The notes: generated from the letters alone by a model not told the origin. A stretch of 64,000 bases of DNA from an uncultured Candidatus Saccharibacteria bacterium (GCA_964407105.1 CAYOUG010000001.1:96227-160226), one strand, 5' to 3'. Shown: positions 1 to 10,255, numbered from the stretch's first letter. A program made the numbers and translations.

Positions 1-1
1 T

Positions 2-772
2 TTCCCTTATCTTTCAAAAGAATGGAAGAAAAATTGTGAAAAAGAACGATTACTTGGTGTTTCCATTACCGGCCAGTGGGATTCAGAAAAAGTACGCGAT
101 CCAAAAATTCTTGAAAAAATGAAAGCGGCCGCGATTGAAACTAATAAAAAATATGCAAAACGTTTTGGTGTTGGAGCATCAACATGTATAACATGTGTCA
201 AACCCTCAGGAACTGTTTCTCAAACCGTTGATTGTGCAAGTGGAATGCACCCTCGTCACTCACCATTTTATATCCGTCGCATTCGCATCGCAGCTACCGA
301 CGCTTTATTTAAAATGTTAAAAGATCAAGGAGTTCCCTACTATCCAGAGGTTGGTCAAACTCTCGAAAATGCAACCACATTCGTACTCGAATTTCCAGTC
401 AAAGCGCCGGAAGGTGCAATATGCAAAGACGATGTTGACGCAATTGCCCAACTAGAACATTGGAAAGTAGTAAAAAAACACTACACCGAACATAATCCAT
501 CTGTAACAATTTCTGTGGGTGATGATGAGTGGCTCAAAGTTGCACATTGGATTTTTGAAAACTGGGATTTGGTTGGAGGCCTTTCATTTCTTCCACGATC
601 AAATCATGTGTACCAGCTAGCCCCTTACGAACCAATCACCAAAGAAAAATATGAAGAGATGAAATTGCGTCTCGGTAATTTGGATTTTTCAAAAATTGTT
701 ACTTACGAAAGAGATGATGAAACAGAAGTAAAACGCGAACTTGCTTGTGTTGGTGGTTTGTGCGAAGTATAA
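2..772 (+). CDS. nrdJ: Class II (adenosylcobalamin-dependent) ribonucleotide reductase, C-terminal part (5'-truncated by window)
   Basis: Frame open from base 2 (FPYLSKEWKKNCEKERLLGVSITG); TCVKPSGTVS motif, EHNPSVTI, C-terminal ACVGGLCEV cysteine pair; followed by a cobalamin adenosyltransferase. Confidence 0.9.
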   Translation, partial: FPYLSKEWKKNCEKERLLGVSITGQWDSEKVRDPKILEKMKAAAIETNKKYAKRFGVGASTCITCVKPSGTVSQTVDCASGMHPRHSPFYIRRIRIAATDALFKMLKDQGVPYYPEVGQTLENATTFVLEFPVKAPEGAICKDDVDAIAQLEHWKVVKKHYTEHNPSVTISVGDDEWLKVAHWIFENWDLVGGLSFLPRSNHVYQLAPYEPITKEKYEEMKLRLGNLDFSKIVTYERDDETEVKRELACVGGLCEV

Positions 773-776
773 TTTT

Positions 777-1346
777 ATGCTTTACACTCGAAAAGGAGAC
801 AGCGGGACAACAAAACTATTTGATTGTCCTCAAGGAACACGCGTAAGTAAATCCGCTTTTATTTTTGAGGCGTTAGGAACATTAGACGAACTAAATTCTT
901 CGCTCGGATATTCAAAGGTTCTATCAAAAAAATCAAAAAGTGTGATTGCGATGAAAACTCAGTATATTTCCTATGAAGAAATATTAGAGAGGTTTCAGAA
1001 TAATTTATTTTGTATTCAAGCAGAACTCGGAGGATCAAAAATGCATGCAACAAAAAATCACATTCTATATATTGAAAAAATTATCAAAAAAATAGAGGAA
1101 TTATTGCCTCCTATCAAATCATTTATTGTCCCGGGGGGTGGAGAAACTGGAGCTTATTTAGATATAGGAAGAACTATTGCTAGAAAAGCGGAACGTCAAG
1201 TGATATTGCTTCGCGAATCAAAAGAGCGAATTATTCATGACAATAGCATTATTTTTCTAAACCGACTTTCTAGTGCTTTATATGCACTGGCACGTTTTGC
1301 AAATTATCAAGAGGGGTATTCTGAAAAAAAACCCGAGTACAATTAA
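777..1346 (+). CDS. pduO: Cob(I)alamin adenosyltransferase, PduO type
   Basis: MLYTRKGDSGTT, GTLDELNSSLG, RTIARKAER and FLNRLSS motifs; ATG 4 nt after nrdJ stop. Confidence 0.9.
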   Translation: MLYTRKGDSGTTKLFDCPQGTRVSKSAFIFEALGTLDELNSSLGYSKVLSKKSKSVIAMKTQYISYEEILERFQNNLFCIQAELGGSKMHATKNHILYIEKIIKKIEELLPPIKSFIVPGGGETGAYLDIGRTIARKAERQVILLRESKERIIHDNSIIFLNRLSSALYALARFANYQEGYSEKKPEYN

Positions 1347-1427
1347 ACTCTTTACTTTCATCAAATTTTGCCATATACATATATTGGAACAACCCTCAAC
1401 CCAAACCCCCAGCCAGGAGCACAAACT

Positions 1428-2141
1428 ATGTCTGAAAAACAAATCTTGATGCTAGACTTTGATAACGTCGTAACACTGGATCCAAAAACTGGAATTGGTT
1501 CGGAAGAAATCAAAAGAAATGCTTGGCTTGATGTTTTCAGTGATGTCAAACTAGACCCCCTAAAGCATGCGTTGGTAACGGCTCATGAAAGAATAAGGGG
1601 TGGAGGAGATCGTAAAGATATTGCGCGATTCATCCTGAAAGAGCTACGAATGTGCAACGAGAAATTAGAAGATGAGGTGACTTCTCGGTGTAAGACGTTT
1701 GAAGATCGTGCACAAGTAGGAATCAGAATGATGACGATTCCTAAAAACACCCGAAAAGCTCTTGCGCAACTTTCAAAACACACTCGACTTTACCTCAACA
1801 CAGCTACCCCAACAGAAGCGGTGAAGATATCTCTAAGGGCACTTGATCTTGAAAAGTATTTTCTTGGGGTGTTTGGAAGACCCGCTAGCAAAATTCACAA
1901 CATTCGATTGGTTGCCGAACGAGAGGGCTTAAATCCGGAATCCACAAAAATGATGCACGACAGGGTTGTTTTTGTGGACGACCAAGCAGCTGGATTAGAT
2001 ACAGCACACAAAATCGGCTGTAGATTTGTCGCAATGAGAACACGAAACAACAGTGACTGGTTGAAAAATGCTACATTTCCAGTAATCAATTCACTCGATG
2101 AGCTATGGCCACTGTTATCTTTTTTCCGGCCTGACCAATGA
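1428..2141 (+). CDS. HAD-family hydrolase (orphan-cassette type gene)
   Basis: DFDNVV motif I, LNTATP motif II, FVDD motif IV; SD AGGAG upstream of ATG. Confidence 0.75.
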   Translation: MSEKQILMLDFDNVVTLDPKTGIGSEEIKRNAWLDVFSDVKLDPLKHALVTAHERIRGGGDRKDIARFILKELRMCNEKLEDEVTSRCKTFEDRAQVGIRMMTIPKNTRKALAQLSKHTRLYLNTATPTEAVKISLRALDLEKYFLGVFGRPASKIHNIRLVAEREGLNPESTKMMHDRVVFVDDQAAGLDTAHKIGCRFVAMRTRNNSDWLKNATFPVINSLDELWPLLSFFRPDQ

Positions 2142-2161
2142 AACATTCACGCAATCAAATG

Positions 2162-2197
2162 GCCGGATCGCACCAAGGCGATCCGGCTTTACTTTTT
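2162..2197 (+). terminator. Rho-independent terminator of HAD gene
   Basis: Stem gccggatcgc/gcgatccggc followed by T-rich tail. Confidence 0.75.
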
Positions 2198-2252
2198 TAA
2201 ATACAATATCTCAGTAGAAGACCTTTTTTTTGTTTTAGATATACTATATACA

Positions 2253-4403
2253 ATGGATAAAAATTCAGCTTTAAAAGAAGAACTTCGTTTAAATGACTTT
2301 CAAAATAAAGCCCTAAAAAAGCTTGGAATTACCACCGTCGAAGATCTTTTATACTATTTCCCAGTTCGCTATGGTGATGTAGCTCAATCTCGAGAAATTT
2401 CAAGCTTAAAAAAAGATGATGTGGTGGCCATTTACGGAAAAGTAAGCGGTCTGAAAACCAAAAAAGCTTTCCATAAAAAAATAGCAATGTCAGAAGCAAC
2501 CATAGAAGACGAAACCGGTACCATTAAAGCCGTTTGGTTTCACCAACCATACATTGCAAAAATGATTCAAGATGGTGCGTTTGTAAAAGTAGAAGGAAAA
2601 GTGAGTGAGCGCAAAGAAGTGCTTTCTTTTATAAATCCAGAAATTGAAAGCATCTCAACACTTCCAACCGGAGTTGGTAATTCACTTTTTGGAAAGGAAG
2701 ATCATAGTTTTGCCTATCCTGTGTATGCTGAAAGTAAAGGTGTCACTTCACGTTGGTTTTATCATGCACTACAAAAAATTTTTAAATCGGGTGTACTTGA
2801 TACAATACAAGATCCTATTCCTACAAACATTTTGGAACACTACAATCTTCCCTCTTTAAAAACAGCTCTGATTTGGATTCATACACCAAAGAAAAAAGAA
2901 GACAGCGTTTCAGCGCGCAAACGTTTTGCTTTCGAAGAAATTTTTATCATTCAACTAGAAAAATTTAAAGAGAGAAAAGAATATGAAACATTGCAGTCTT
3001 TTGCGATAAAAGATGATAAGGGTGATGTTGATAAATTTATTAAACGTTTTCCTTTTAAAGCCACCGAGGCGCAAGAACAAGCGGTTGAACGTATCCTTGA
3101 GGATTTCAAAAAACCTCATCCAATGTCACGTCTTCTGGAGGGAGATGTTGGTTCAGGAAAAACAGCTGTTGCGGCAGCAACAGTCTTTGCTGTAACCACT
3201 ACCCCACCACAAAATCACGAATACGGAAATCTACAAACCGCATACATGGTTCCTACAGAAATTTTAGCTGAACAACATTTTGAATCTTTCATTCAATATT
3301 TTTCTTATCTCGGTATAAATATTGGCCTTATTACTTCAAGTGGGTGTAAAAAATTTCCTTCAAAAATAAATCCAACAAAAGCAACAGACATTTCTCGCAC
3401 TCAACTTTTAAAATGGGTTGCTGAAGGTACAATTCCGATTCTTGTAGGTACACACTCGCTTATTTCAAAAACCGTTAAGTTCAAAAATCTTGCGTATATC
3501 ATTATTGATGAACAACATCGTTTTGGTACAGCGCAACGTAAAGCATTGCGCAGAAAGGATAATGTTGTACCCCACCTACTTTCAATGACCGCAACGCCCA
3601 TCCCGCGCACGCTCGCCCTCACGGTGTATGGCGACCTTGATCTTACGCTCCTCGACCAGATGCCACACGGACGAAAACCAGTAATCACGGAAATCATCCT
3701 TCCACATAATCGCGATGCAGTGTATGAAAAAGTGCGAGCCGAAATTATCTCGGGCAGACAAGCTTATGTCATTTGCCCACGTATCTACGAGCCTGACCCC
3801 CAAAAAGAAACTGCTATCAACGCAAAATCAGTGACAGAAGAAGCACGCCGACTCAAAACGGTAGTATTCCCCGAGTACGAAATCGGCGTGCTTCACAGCA
3901 AAATGAAACCGACAGAAAAAGATAGAAGCATGCTTGATTTCAAAAATGGCAAAACACATATTCTTGTTGCTACATCAGTGATTGAGGTTGGAGTAAATGT
4001 GCCAAACGCGACCACTATTATTATCGAAGGTGCTGAACGTTTTGGTCTCGCCCAACTTCATCAACTTCGTGGACGCGTTATACGAAGCAATCATCAAGCA
4101 TACTGCTACGTTTTCGCTGACAGTAAAACAGAAAAAACTCTCGAACGACTAAGGGCACTCAAAACAGCAAAAAATGGTTTCGAGCTTGCCGAGTTTGATT
4201 TGGTCCAACGTGGCGCCGGTGAGCTTTACGGCAAAAAACAGTGGGGTATCTCCGACCTCGCCATGGAAGCAATAAAAAATATTAAAATGGTAGAAGCTGC
4301 ACGCCATGAAGCACAGCTTTTAATTGAAAAAGATAGAAATCTTTTGAATTATCCTATTCTTAAAAACAAAATTCTACAGTCAGAAAAAATTCACTTCGAA
4401 TAA
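2253..4403 (+). CDS. recG: ATP-dependent DNA helicase RecG
   Basis: GDVGSGKT, DEQHRFG, MTATPIPRTL, GLAQLHQLRGRV motifs. Confidence 0.97.
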   Translation: MDKNSALKEELRLNDFQNKALKKLGITTVEDLLYYFPVRYGDVAQSREISSLKKDDVVAIYGKVSGLKTKKAFHKKIAMSEATIEDETGTIKAVWFHQPYIAKMIQDGAFVKVEGKVSERKEVLSFINPEIESISTLPTGVGNSLFGKEDHSFAYPVYAESKGVTSRWFYHALQKIFKSGVLDTIQDPIPTNILEHYNLPSLKTALIWIHTPKKKEDSVSARKRFAFEEIFIIQLEKFKERKEYETLQSFAIKDDKGDVDKFIKRFPFKATEAQEQAVERILEDFKKPHPMSRLLEGDVGSGKTAVAAATVFAVTTTPPQNHEYGNLQTAYMVPTEILAEQHFESFIQYFSYLGINIGLITSSGCKKFPSKINPTKATDISRTQLLKWVAEGTIPILVGTHSLISKTVKFKNLAYIIIDEQHRFGTAQRKALRRKDNVVPHLLSMTATPIPRTLALTVYGDLDLTLLDQMPHGRKPVITEIILPHNRDAVYEKVRAEIISGRQAYVICPRIYEPDPQKETAINAKSVTEEARRLKTVVFPEYEIGVLHSKMKPTEKDRSMLDFKNGKTHILVATSVIEVGVNVPNATTIIIEGAERFGLAQLHQLRGRVIRSNHQAYCYVFADSKTEKTLERLRALKTAKNGFELAEFDLVQRGAGELYGKKQWGISDLAMEAIKNIKMVEAARHEAQLLIEKDRNLLNYPILKNKILQSEKIHFE

Positions 4404-4404
4404 T

Positions 4405-7101
4405 CTAGAATAAAGAGGAAACAAGGTTTACCACCCAACCAATACTATTAATTAGAGAATCAACAAAAGCTTGGAAACCACCACTTACTGCGGTCCATGC
4501 ATTCGCATACAAATGCGAGCTATCTGTTTGAGCATAAGCAACAATTGGATTTGGTGCGCTAGCATTCTGAATAATCCATAATCCTTGTTGAGAAACTGGG
4601 TTAGCAGGAGTATAAATTATTGCATTTTCGAAAGTAATAGTGTCACCTCCAGCAGAAAGAACCACTGAAGATGTGCCATCTGAACTTCCAGAATTTACTA
4701 TAATATTTGAAAGAGTTTGACCACCAGAAAGTTTTGGGGTAAATCGCCACACGTTGTGGTCGCCCACATTAGCACCGGTGTACATATAATCTGTATACCA
4801 ATCAGAAATATCATTATCTATCATTTCTACATTTTCATAACCAAGCATCAAATTTATTTCAGTAAGAACACTATTTAAAAGTGGTGCTCCATTTGATCCA
4901 TCTCCTGTCCAATAAATAAATTGATCGTTATTTGCAAGTGCGACATGCATAAGCATTTCTTGGTACAAATCAGAAGAAGCAACCTGACTTCCGGGGTACG
5001 CTTTATCAGTAACCCAAGTATGAAGATGTGCGCTGTTAGATAAGGCGGCAGATTTTGCCCAATTTGCATACAAACGGAAAGAATTGAAAGCATTCGGTGT
5101 ATAGTTTGGCAAACCAGCAGAATTCATTTGAGACGCTGATGCATTTAAATCTCCATAAGCAAACGGGCCTTGATGTGTACCTGGGTGTGCACCATTACCT
5201 GTTTTATATATATCCCAAGATCCACCATACGGAACGTTATAATTATCATTCCAATGAAGAAATCCGTACGAAGACATTTTTACATCTGGAAAATAATTTG
5301 TAGCAACATCAAAAATTGCTTCGTCCATATAACCAGCCATTCTATCAAATAGCCAATCATCATAAACACGAATATTCTCAAGAAAATCATTGAAATTTTG
5401 ACCTGTAGAGGTACAAACTTTTTGAACAAAATCATTTGGAAAAGGAAAATCTTCTGGTGGAAAACGTAGATCAGCCACTATTGCTTCACACCAACTTACT
5501 GGGCAATTTGCTCTATCGGCAACACACTTTGTTTGTATTCCAGCAAGATTCCATCCACCCTGTCCAGCAACTGGCTCATCATCATTAACAATAACATCAA
5601 TTTTTTTACCGGCATTTTTTATACCCAAAAAGAATGCCGTTAACCAATTTTGAGTAAAGTTTTTTCCTTCATCCCACCACAAACACGGCATTGGAGCATC
5701 AACAATACCAGCAGGAACTCCTGGGGAGGGTTGAACATGAGGAAGATTTGCGGCTGAAGTACCAGTAAGATCTAGATGCATTATTTGTGGCTCACCGGTA
5801 GTAGGATTCAAACACATATCTTTCCATGTATTTGTAGATAAGTCTTTGTAACTAAAGAGCCAATCTTCTACGTTTCTAAAACGTACAACTTTATGTCCTT
5901 CTGGTTGGTTTGCAATGAAATCGATGGTTTTAGTAATAGCACCATCAACCGGATTTGAAACATTTCCTCCACCAGCACCAACCCAATAGAAAGTAAACAC
6001 ATTCGTATATTGACCAGGAGGTATATCTGGCCACGAATACGCATAAATTTTTCTAGAAGCCACGTCCGTAGGTGGCCACGAAAGTGATCCTGTTATAGAT
6101 GATCCCACCTGTACGTCAGGACAATCTTTTTCATCTATATTGTTTATCGTCACTGACGCACTTTTAAGACCACTAGTTGAATATGTTTTAGTAACAGATG
6201 AAGCTGAACCCGAAAGTCCATCACTTCCATCCCATGAGTAAGTATATGGTGGTGTACCTCCACTTACTGTGGTGGAGTATGTTACAGAGCCGCCCACTGA
6301 TATTTGCGTAGCAGAAGCAGAACATGAAATATTGTAATTTAGAGCCGGGTTTTCATTTACCGTTACAGCACTTGAACATGGAATTGAAACACCGTTTATT
6401 TTTACTGTTGCATTTTTGTTGCCTTCTGAATTATATATCTTAGTAACAGATGAAGCTGAACCAGAAAGATTGTTGGTACCGCTCCATAAATATGTGTAAG
6501 AACCGATTCCACCACTTACACTTGCTGTCCATGTTACAGATTGGCCCTGAATAATTGTTGCAATAGACGGACTACATGATCCAGTAACACCACCTGGAAG
6601 TGGAACTGGAAGTGCTGGTGCCAATGGAAGCGCGGGGGTAGTTGGTCCACCACAAGAAAGAGATTGTATTTTTGCACGTGTTGCTGGACCGGCTACACCA
6701 AAACCATTGGTAGCTGGAGTACCTCCAGACACTAAACCTACACGTGCTTGAAATTTTTGTAATGCGCTTTGTGTGGCTGCACCAAAAAAACCGGTGATTG
6801 TAGGATATGTATAATCTCCCTGTGCTTTTAAAAACTTTTGTAATTTAGACACTTGTCCACCAGTCGATGCATCATTAAGACCTATATACAAATTTTGGGT
6901 CAGAACAAGACATGAGGCTTGTTGACTAAGTAGAGTAGAGAGTTGTTGTTGAAGTTGAGTAATAAGCACAAGTAAGGCTTGGATTTGAGCTTGTTCGGAG
7001 GCTGTTGTTGCAGAAGATGTGCGAGGAGAAAAAGAAATGGAGAAAATAAGTGTTCCCAAAAGCACCAAAATACACAGAAAAGAGATAACTATTTTTTTCA
7101 T
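4405..7101 (-). CDS. Secreted surface protein: signal peptide, peptidoglycan-binding domain, two PKD/Ig-like modules, large C-terminal putative catalytic domain
   Basis: Hydrophobic N-terminus; VSKLQKFL..TGFFGAATQSALQKFQ..GVAGPATRA PG-binding motif; two SGSASSVTK repeats; aromatic/acidic-rich C-terminal half. Confidence 0.7.
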   Translation of the reverse strand: MKKIVISFLCILVLLGTLIFSISFSPRTSSATTASEQAQIQALLVLITQLQQQLSTLLSQQASCLVLTQNLYIGLNDASTGGQVSKLQKFLKAQGDYTYPTITGFFGAATQSALQKFQARVGLVSGGTPATNGFGVAGPATRAKIQSLSCGGPTTPALPLAPALPVPLPGGVTGSCSPSIATIIQGQSVTWTASVSGGIGSYTYLWSGTNNLSGSASSVTKIYNSEGNKNATVKINGVSIPCSSAVTVNENPALNYNISCSASATQISVGGSVTYSTTVSGGTPPYTYSWDGSDGLSGSASSVTKTYSTSGLKSASVTINNIDEKDCPDVQVGSSITGSLSWPPTDVASRKIYAYSWPDIPPGQYTNVFTFYWVGAGGGNVSNPVDGAITKTIDFIANQPEGHKVVRFRNVEDWLFSYKDLSTNTWKDMCLNPTTGEPQIMHLDLTGTSAANLPHVQPSPGVPAGIVDAPMPCLWWDEGKNFTQNWLTAFFLGIKNAGKKIDVIVNDDEPVAGQGGWNLAGIQTKCVADRANCPVSWCEAIVADLRFPPEDFPFPNDFVQKVCTSTGQNFNDFLENIRVYDDWLFDRMAGYMDEAIFDVATNYFPDVKMSSYGFLHWNDNYNVPYGGSWDIYKTGNGAHPGTHQGPFAYGDLNASASQMNSAGLPNYTPNAFNSFRLYANWAKSAALSNSAHLHTWVTDKAYPGSQVASSDLYQEMLMHVALANNDQFIYWTGDGSNGAPLLNSVLTEINLMLGYENVEMIDNDISDWYTDYMYTGANVGDHNVWRFTPKLSGGQTLSNIIVNSGSSDGTSSVVLSAGGDTITFENAIIYTPANPVSQQGLWIIQNASAPNPIVAYAQTDSSHLYANAWTAVSGGFQAFVDSLINSIGWVVNLVSSLF

Positions 7102-7198
7102 ACTATATATTTGTAGATTATACTATAGATATATTTAATTGAAAAAGGACTACAATTAGGATATCATCAAGGAATTACGGTAATTCAAAAACCGCAAT

Positions 7199-7271
7199 GC
7201 ACGTGTAGCTCAGTTGGTAGAGCGGTCGTCTTATACACGACTGGTCCCAGGTTCGAGTCCTGGCACGTGCA
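7199..7271 (+). tRNA. tRNA-Ile with UAU anticodon
   Basis: Cloverleaf: GCACGTG/CACGTGC acceptor, GCTC/GAGC D arm, GTCGT-CTTATAC-ACGAC anticodon arm (anticodon TAT), CCAGG-TTCGAGT-CCTGG T arm, A73; CCA not encoded in this copy. Confidence 0.9.
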
Positions 7272-7421
7272 CAATGAGCAGGGCGAATTGTGCACGTGAG
7301 CAAGTGCCCAATGGCACTTGCGAACAGGACGAGAAAGGCTTTTCGTTATCGAGAGAGCGTACTCGCTTTCGAGATCGAAAAGTACCCGCGGCGGTAGCCG
7401 AGAGTCCTGGCACGTGCACCA
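7255..7421. mobile_element. 147-bp structured insert flanked by an 18-bp duplication of the tRNA 3' end
   Basis: gagtcctggcacgtgcac at 7255-7272 and 7402-7419; second copy ends in CCA; insert rich in hairpins. Confidence 0.6.
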
Positions 7422-7424
7422 TTA

Positions 7425-7497
7425 AAAAACAATAAAAAAGACCTTCCTCACTAAAGCGCTTCGCTAACTCGTTCGGAAGGTCTTTTTTATTGTTTTT
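7425..7497. terminator. Bidirectional terminator between tRNA and ftsH
   Basis: 23-bp perfect inverted repeat aaaaacaataaaaaagaccttcc / ggaaggtcttttttattgttttt. Confidence 0.8.
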
Positions 7498-7509
7498 ATT
7501 AATACCCAC

Positions 7510-9459
7510 TTAACTTGAGTGCTCTATATCCAGTTTGTTTTTTAGTGTAATTCCATTCGCAACAATAATCTGCTCGTATTCTGCACGTTCGATAGATTCG
7601 ACTTCAATAAGTCGCTTTGCAATAATATCAAGAAGTTTTCGATGTTTTGTAATAATTTCCTCGGTCTTCTGATACGCCTCTTTCATAATTTTTGAAACTT
7701 CGGCATCAATCATTGCGCTCACATGCTCTGAATATTCTTTATCTTCTACGCCACGACCAAAAAGTGGACGTCCACCAGAACCCTCAAGAGCAATGGGGCC
7801 AACTGTTTCAGACATTCCATATTTAGTCACCATATCTCGAGCAAGTGCCGTTGAAACCTGAAGGTCGTTTGAAGAACCAGTCGTAAAATCACCAAAAATA
7901 TTTTTCTCTACAACATATCCACCAAGTGACACCGCAATATCATCAAGAAATTCTTTTTTCGATTGCATTTTTTTGTCTTCAATCGGTAATTTGAGTGTGT
8001 AGCCAGCCGCACGTCCTCGAGAAATGATAGAAATTTTATGTACTGGATCAGCATACGGAAGAACTGAAGCAACGAGGGCATGACCCGCTTCATGATACGC
8101 AGTAATTTCTTTTTCTTTTTTAGAAAGAATATGACTACGACGCTCAGGACCAAGCATCACTTTTTCAATAGAACGAATAAGGTCGTACTGCGATACTGTT
8201 GTGCGATTTTCTCGCGCCGCCAAAATAGCACCTTCGTTCATAAGTGAATATAAATCTGCTCCAGAAAATCCTGGCGTACGCTCTGCGATCACAGACAAAT
8301 CCACATCTTCAGCAAAAGGTTTTTCTTTTGAATGAATTTCCAAAATTTCTTCACGATCTTTTCTGTCTGGAAAATCAAGAGTAACACGACGATCAAAACG
8401 GCCTGGACGCAAAAGTGCGGGATCGAGCACGTCTGGTCTGTTTGTAGCAGCCATTACAATCACTTTTTCGTTGGGCTCAAAACCGTCCATTTCTACAAGT
8501 ATTTGATTGAGTGTTTGTTCTCGCTCATCATTTCCCCCACCAGCACCAACCCCTCGCACACGTCCCACCGCATCTATTTCATCAACAAAAATAATTGCTG
8601 GAGCATTTTGTTTTGCTACCTTAAAAAGATCTCGTACACGCGAAGCTCCAACACCCACAAACATTTCCACAAACTCTGATCCCGAAATAGAGAAAAACGC
8701 AACACCAGCTTCACCTGCAACAGCACGCGCAAGGAGTGTCTTTCCGGTACCCGGAGCGCCCATGAGCAAAATACCTTTTGGAATACGCGCACCAATATCC
8801 AAAAACTTTTTTGGATTACGCAAAAAATCCACAATTTCAACAAGTTCTACTTTTGCTTCTTTTACACCAGCCACATCTTTAAATGTTACGCGTTGTTTTT
8901 TATCGTCAGGAGAAATCATGCGCGCTTTTGATTGACCAAAAGTAAAAGCTTGCATACCTGCACCCTTTACCTGTCTTGTCATAAACCACAAAAATCCAAG
9001 AATAAACAAAATCGGCAAAATAATTGGCGCGAGATTAAACGCCCAATACCAAAAACCACTCTGACTCTTTATTTCAATATTTACTCCAGCGAGTTTTTCT
9101 GGAGAAACACCATAGTTGGTGAGAGTTTCAGAAAGTGCAGCGTCATCTTCTTTTGAAGAAAATTTTTCTTCGCCACTCACATAAGTAATATCTAGAGAAC
9201 CGCTTTTTACAACAATACCAGATACCTTTCCAGCATTAATGTCTTTTGAAAGTTCGGTGAGAGAAATTGTGGTTGTATCTTTTTTTTGTCCAGAAAGTAA
9301 TCCGTAAAGACCAATTACCAAGAAAAAAATAAGAAAAGCGGTAAGAATGTGTCTTAAAATTCGTCCTCCACCCTCGGGAGCCGATGCATTCTTTTTTTGT
9401 GGTGCTTTTTTAAGCACAAATCGTACACGTTTTTTATCCTTTGAATTAAATAGTTTCAT
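7510..9459 (-). CDS. ftsH: ATP-dependent zinc metalloprotease FtsH
   Basis: Two TM helices, [20 protein letters not shown]; start set at MKLFNSK, 6 nt after TATAAT. Confidence 0.97.
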   Translation of the reverse strand: MKLFNSKDKKRVRFVLKKAPQKKNASAPEGGGRILRHILTAFLIFFLVIGLYGLLSGQKKDTTTISLTELSKDINAGKVSGIVVKSGSLDITYVSGEEKFSSKEDDAALSETLTNYGVSPEKLAGVNIEIKSQSGFWYWAFNLAPIILPILFILGFLWFMTRQVKGAGMQAFTFGQSKARMISPDDKKQRVTFKDVAGVKEAKVELVEIVDFLRNPKKFLDIGARIPKGILLMGAPGTGKTLLARAVAGEAGVAFFSISGSEFVEMFVGVGASRVRDLFKVAKQNAPAIIFVDEIDAVGRVRGVGAGGGNDEREQTLNQILVEMDGFEPNEKVIVMAATNRPDVLDPALLRPGRFDRRVTLDFPDRKDREEILEIHSKEKPFAEDVDLSVIAERTPGFSGADLYSLMNEGAILAARENRTTVSQYDLIRSIEKVMLGPERRSHILSKKEKEITAYHEAGHALVASVLPYADPVHKISIISRGRAAGYTLKLPIEDKKMQSKKEFLDDIAVSLGGYVVEKNIFGDFTTGSSNDLQVSTALARDMVTKYGMSETVGPIALEGSGGRPLFGRGVEDKEYSEHVSAMIDAEVSKIMKEAYQKTEEIITKHRKLLDIIAKRLIEVESIERAEYEQIIVANGITLKNKLDIEHSS

Positions 9460-9524
9460 GGGTGGATTATACAATATATTTGAATTTAGCAATAGAAAAA
9501 ACCGCCCTGTGTGATGGGCGGGGG

Positions 9525-9704
9525 TTAGAGGTAGGCTCCAAACCATGACTTGGACAAGAGCGATCTGCTCTTTTTGTTTGTCCTTCTAACAAACAAACGG
9601 TGTGGAGCACGAAAACGAAAAAACATTTGATCGACAGCTCGATACAACTGAACTGTCGTCAACAAAAACAGGAAAAAAAGTGCCAACAAATAGTAAACCA
9701 ACAA
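9525..9704 (-). CDS. Small orphan membrane protein (about 59 aa, TTG start)
   Basis: AGGAGG 5 nt before TTG, upstream TTGCCA..TGATAAT promoter, N-terminal hydrophobic helix, downstream ccgccc/gggcgg terminator. Confidence 0.5.
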   Translation of the reverse strand: MLVYYLLALFFLFLLTTVQLYRAVDQMFFRFRAPHRLFVRRTNKKSRSLLSKSWFGAYL

Positions 9705-9802
9705 ACAAACCTCCTTTTGAACGATTTGCGATATTATCACAAAAAAAGGCATTTTTGGCAATGGTATTATCAAACAAAAGCTAAATTTGGTATAGTACAA
9801 TC

Positions 9803-10246
9803 ATGAGTTTAATCAGAAACAAAAAAGCTTCATTTGATTATGAAATCAGCGAAAAATTCACTGCCGGTATGGAGCTTTTTGGTTTTGAAGTAAAATCCTT
9901 GCGCGCCGGACAAGGTGCACTTGAAGGATCATACGTTACTGTGCGTGGTGGCGAAGCATATATTATCGGCATGCACATTCCCCCATTTCAACCCAAAAAT
10001 ACTCCAGATGATTATGATCCGCTACGCAATCGTCGACTTCTCCTAACAAAAAAAGAGCTTGAAACCCTCGCTGAAACAGAAAAAAAGAATGGTTTGACAA
10101 TAGTACCGATTTCAGTGTATAATAGCAAACGCAAGCTAAAAATAGAGCTTGGTATAGCACGCGGAAAAAAGAAATTTGATAAACGTGAAACGATTAAAAA
10201 ACGTGACACTGAGCGTGAGATACGACGAACATTGAAAAACATTTGA
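9803..10246 (+). CDS. smpB: SsrA-binding protein SmpB
   Basis: NKKASFDY, EVKSLR, RGKKKFDKRETIKKRD; directly upstream of tmRNA. Confidence 0.97.
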   Translation: MSLIRNKKASFDYEISEKFTAGMELFGFEVKSLRAGQGALEGSYVTVRGGEAYIIGMHIPPFQPKNTPDDYDPLRNRRLLLTKKELETLAETEKKNGLTIVPISVYNSKRKLKIELGIARGKKKFDKRETIKKRDTEREIRRTLKNI

Positions 10247-10255
10247 TTTACATAC

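Noticed and set aside
7199-7271. tRNA-Val(TAC) reading of the anticodon loop
   Set aside because: The stem GTCGT/ACGAC fixes the 7-nt loop CTTATAC, placing TAT rather than TAC at positions 34-36.
7214-7509. ORFs 7214-7435 (+) and 7231-7509 (-)
   Set aside because: They overlap the tRNA, the repeat and the terminator; the repeated peptide just reflects the DNA duplication.
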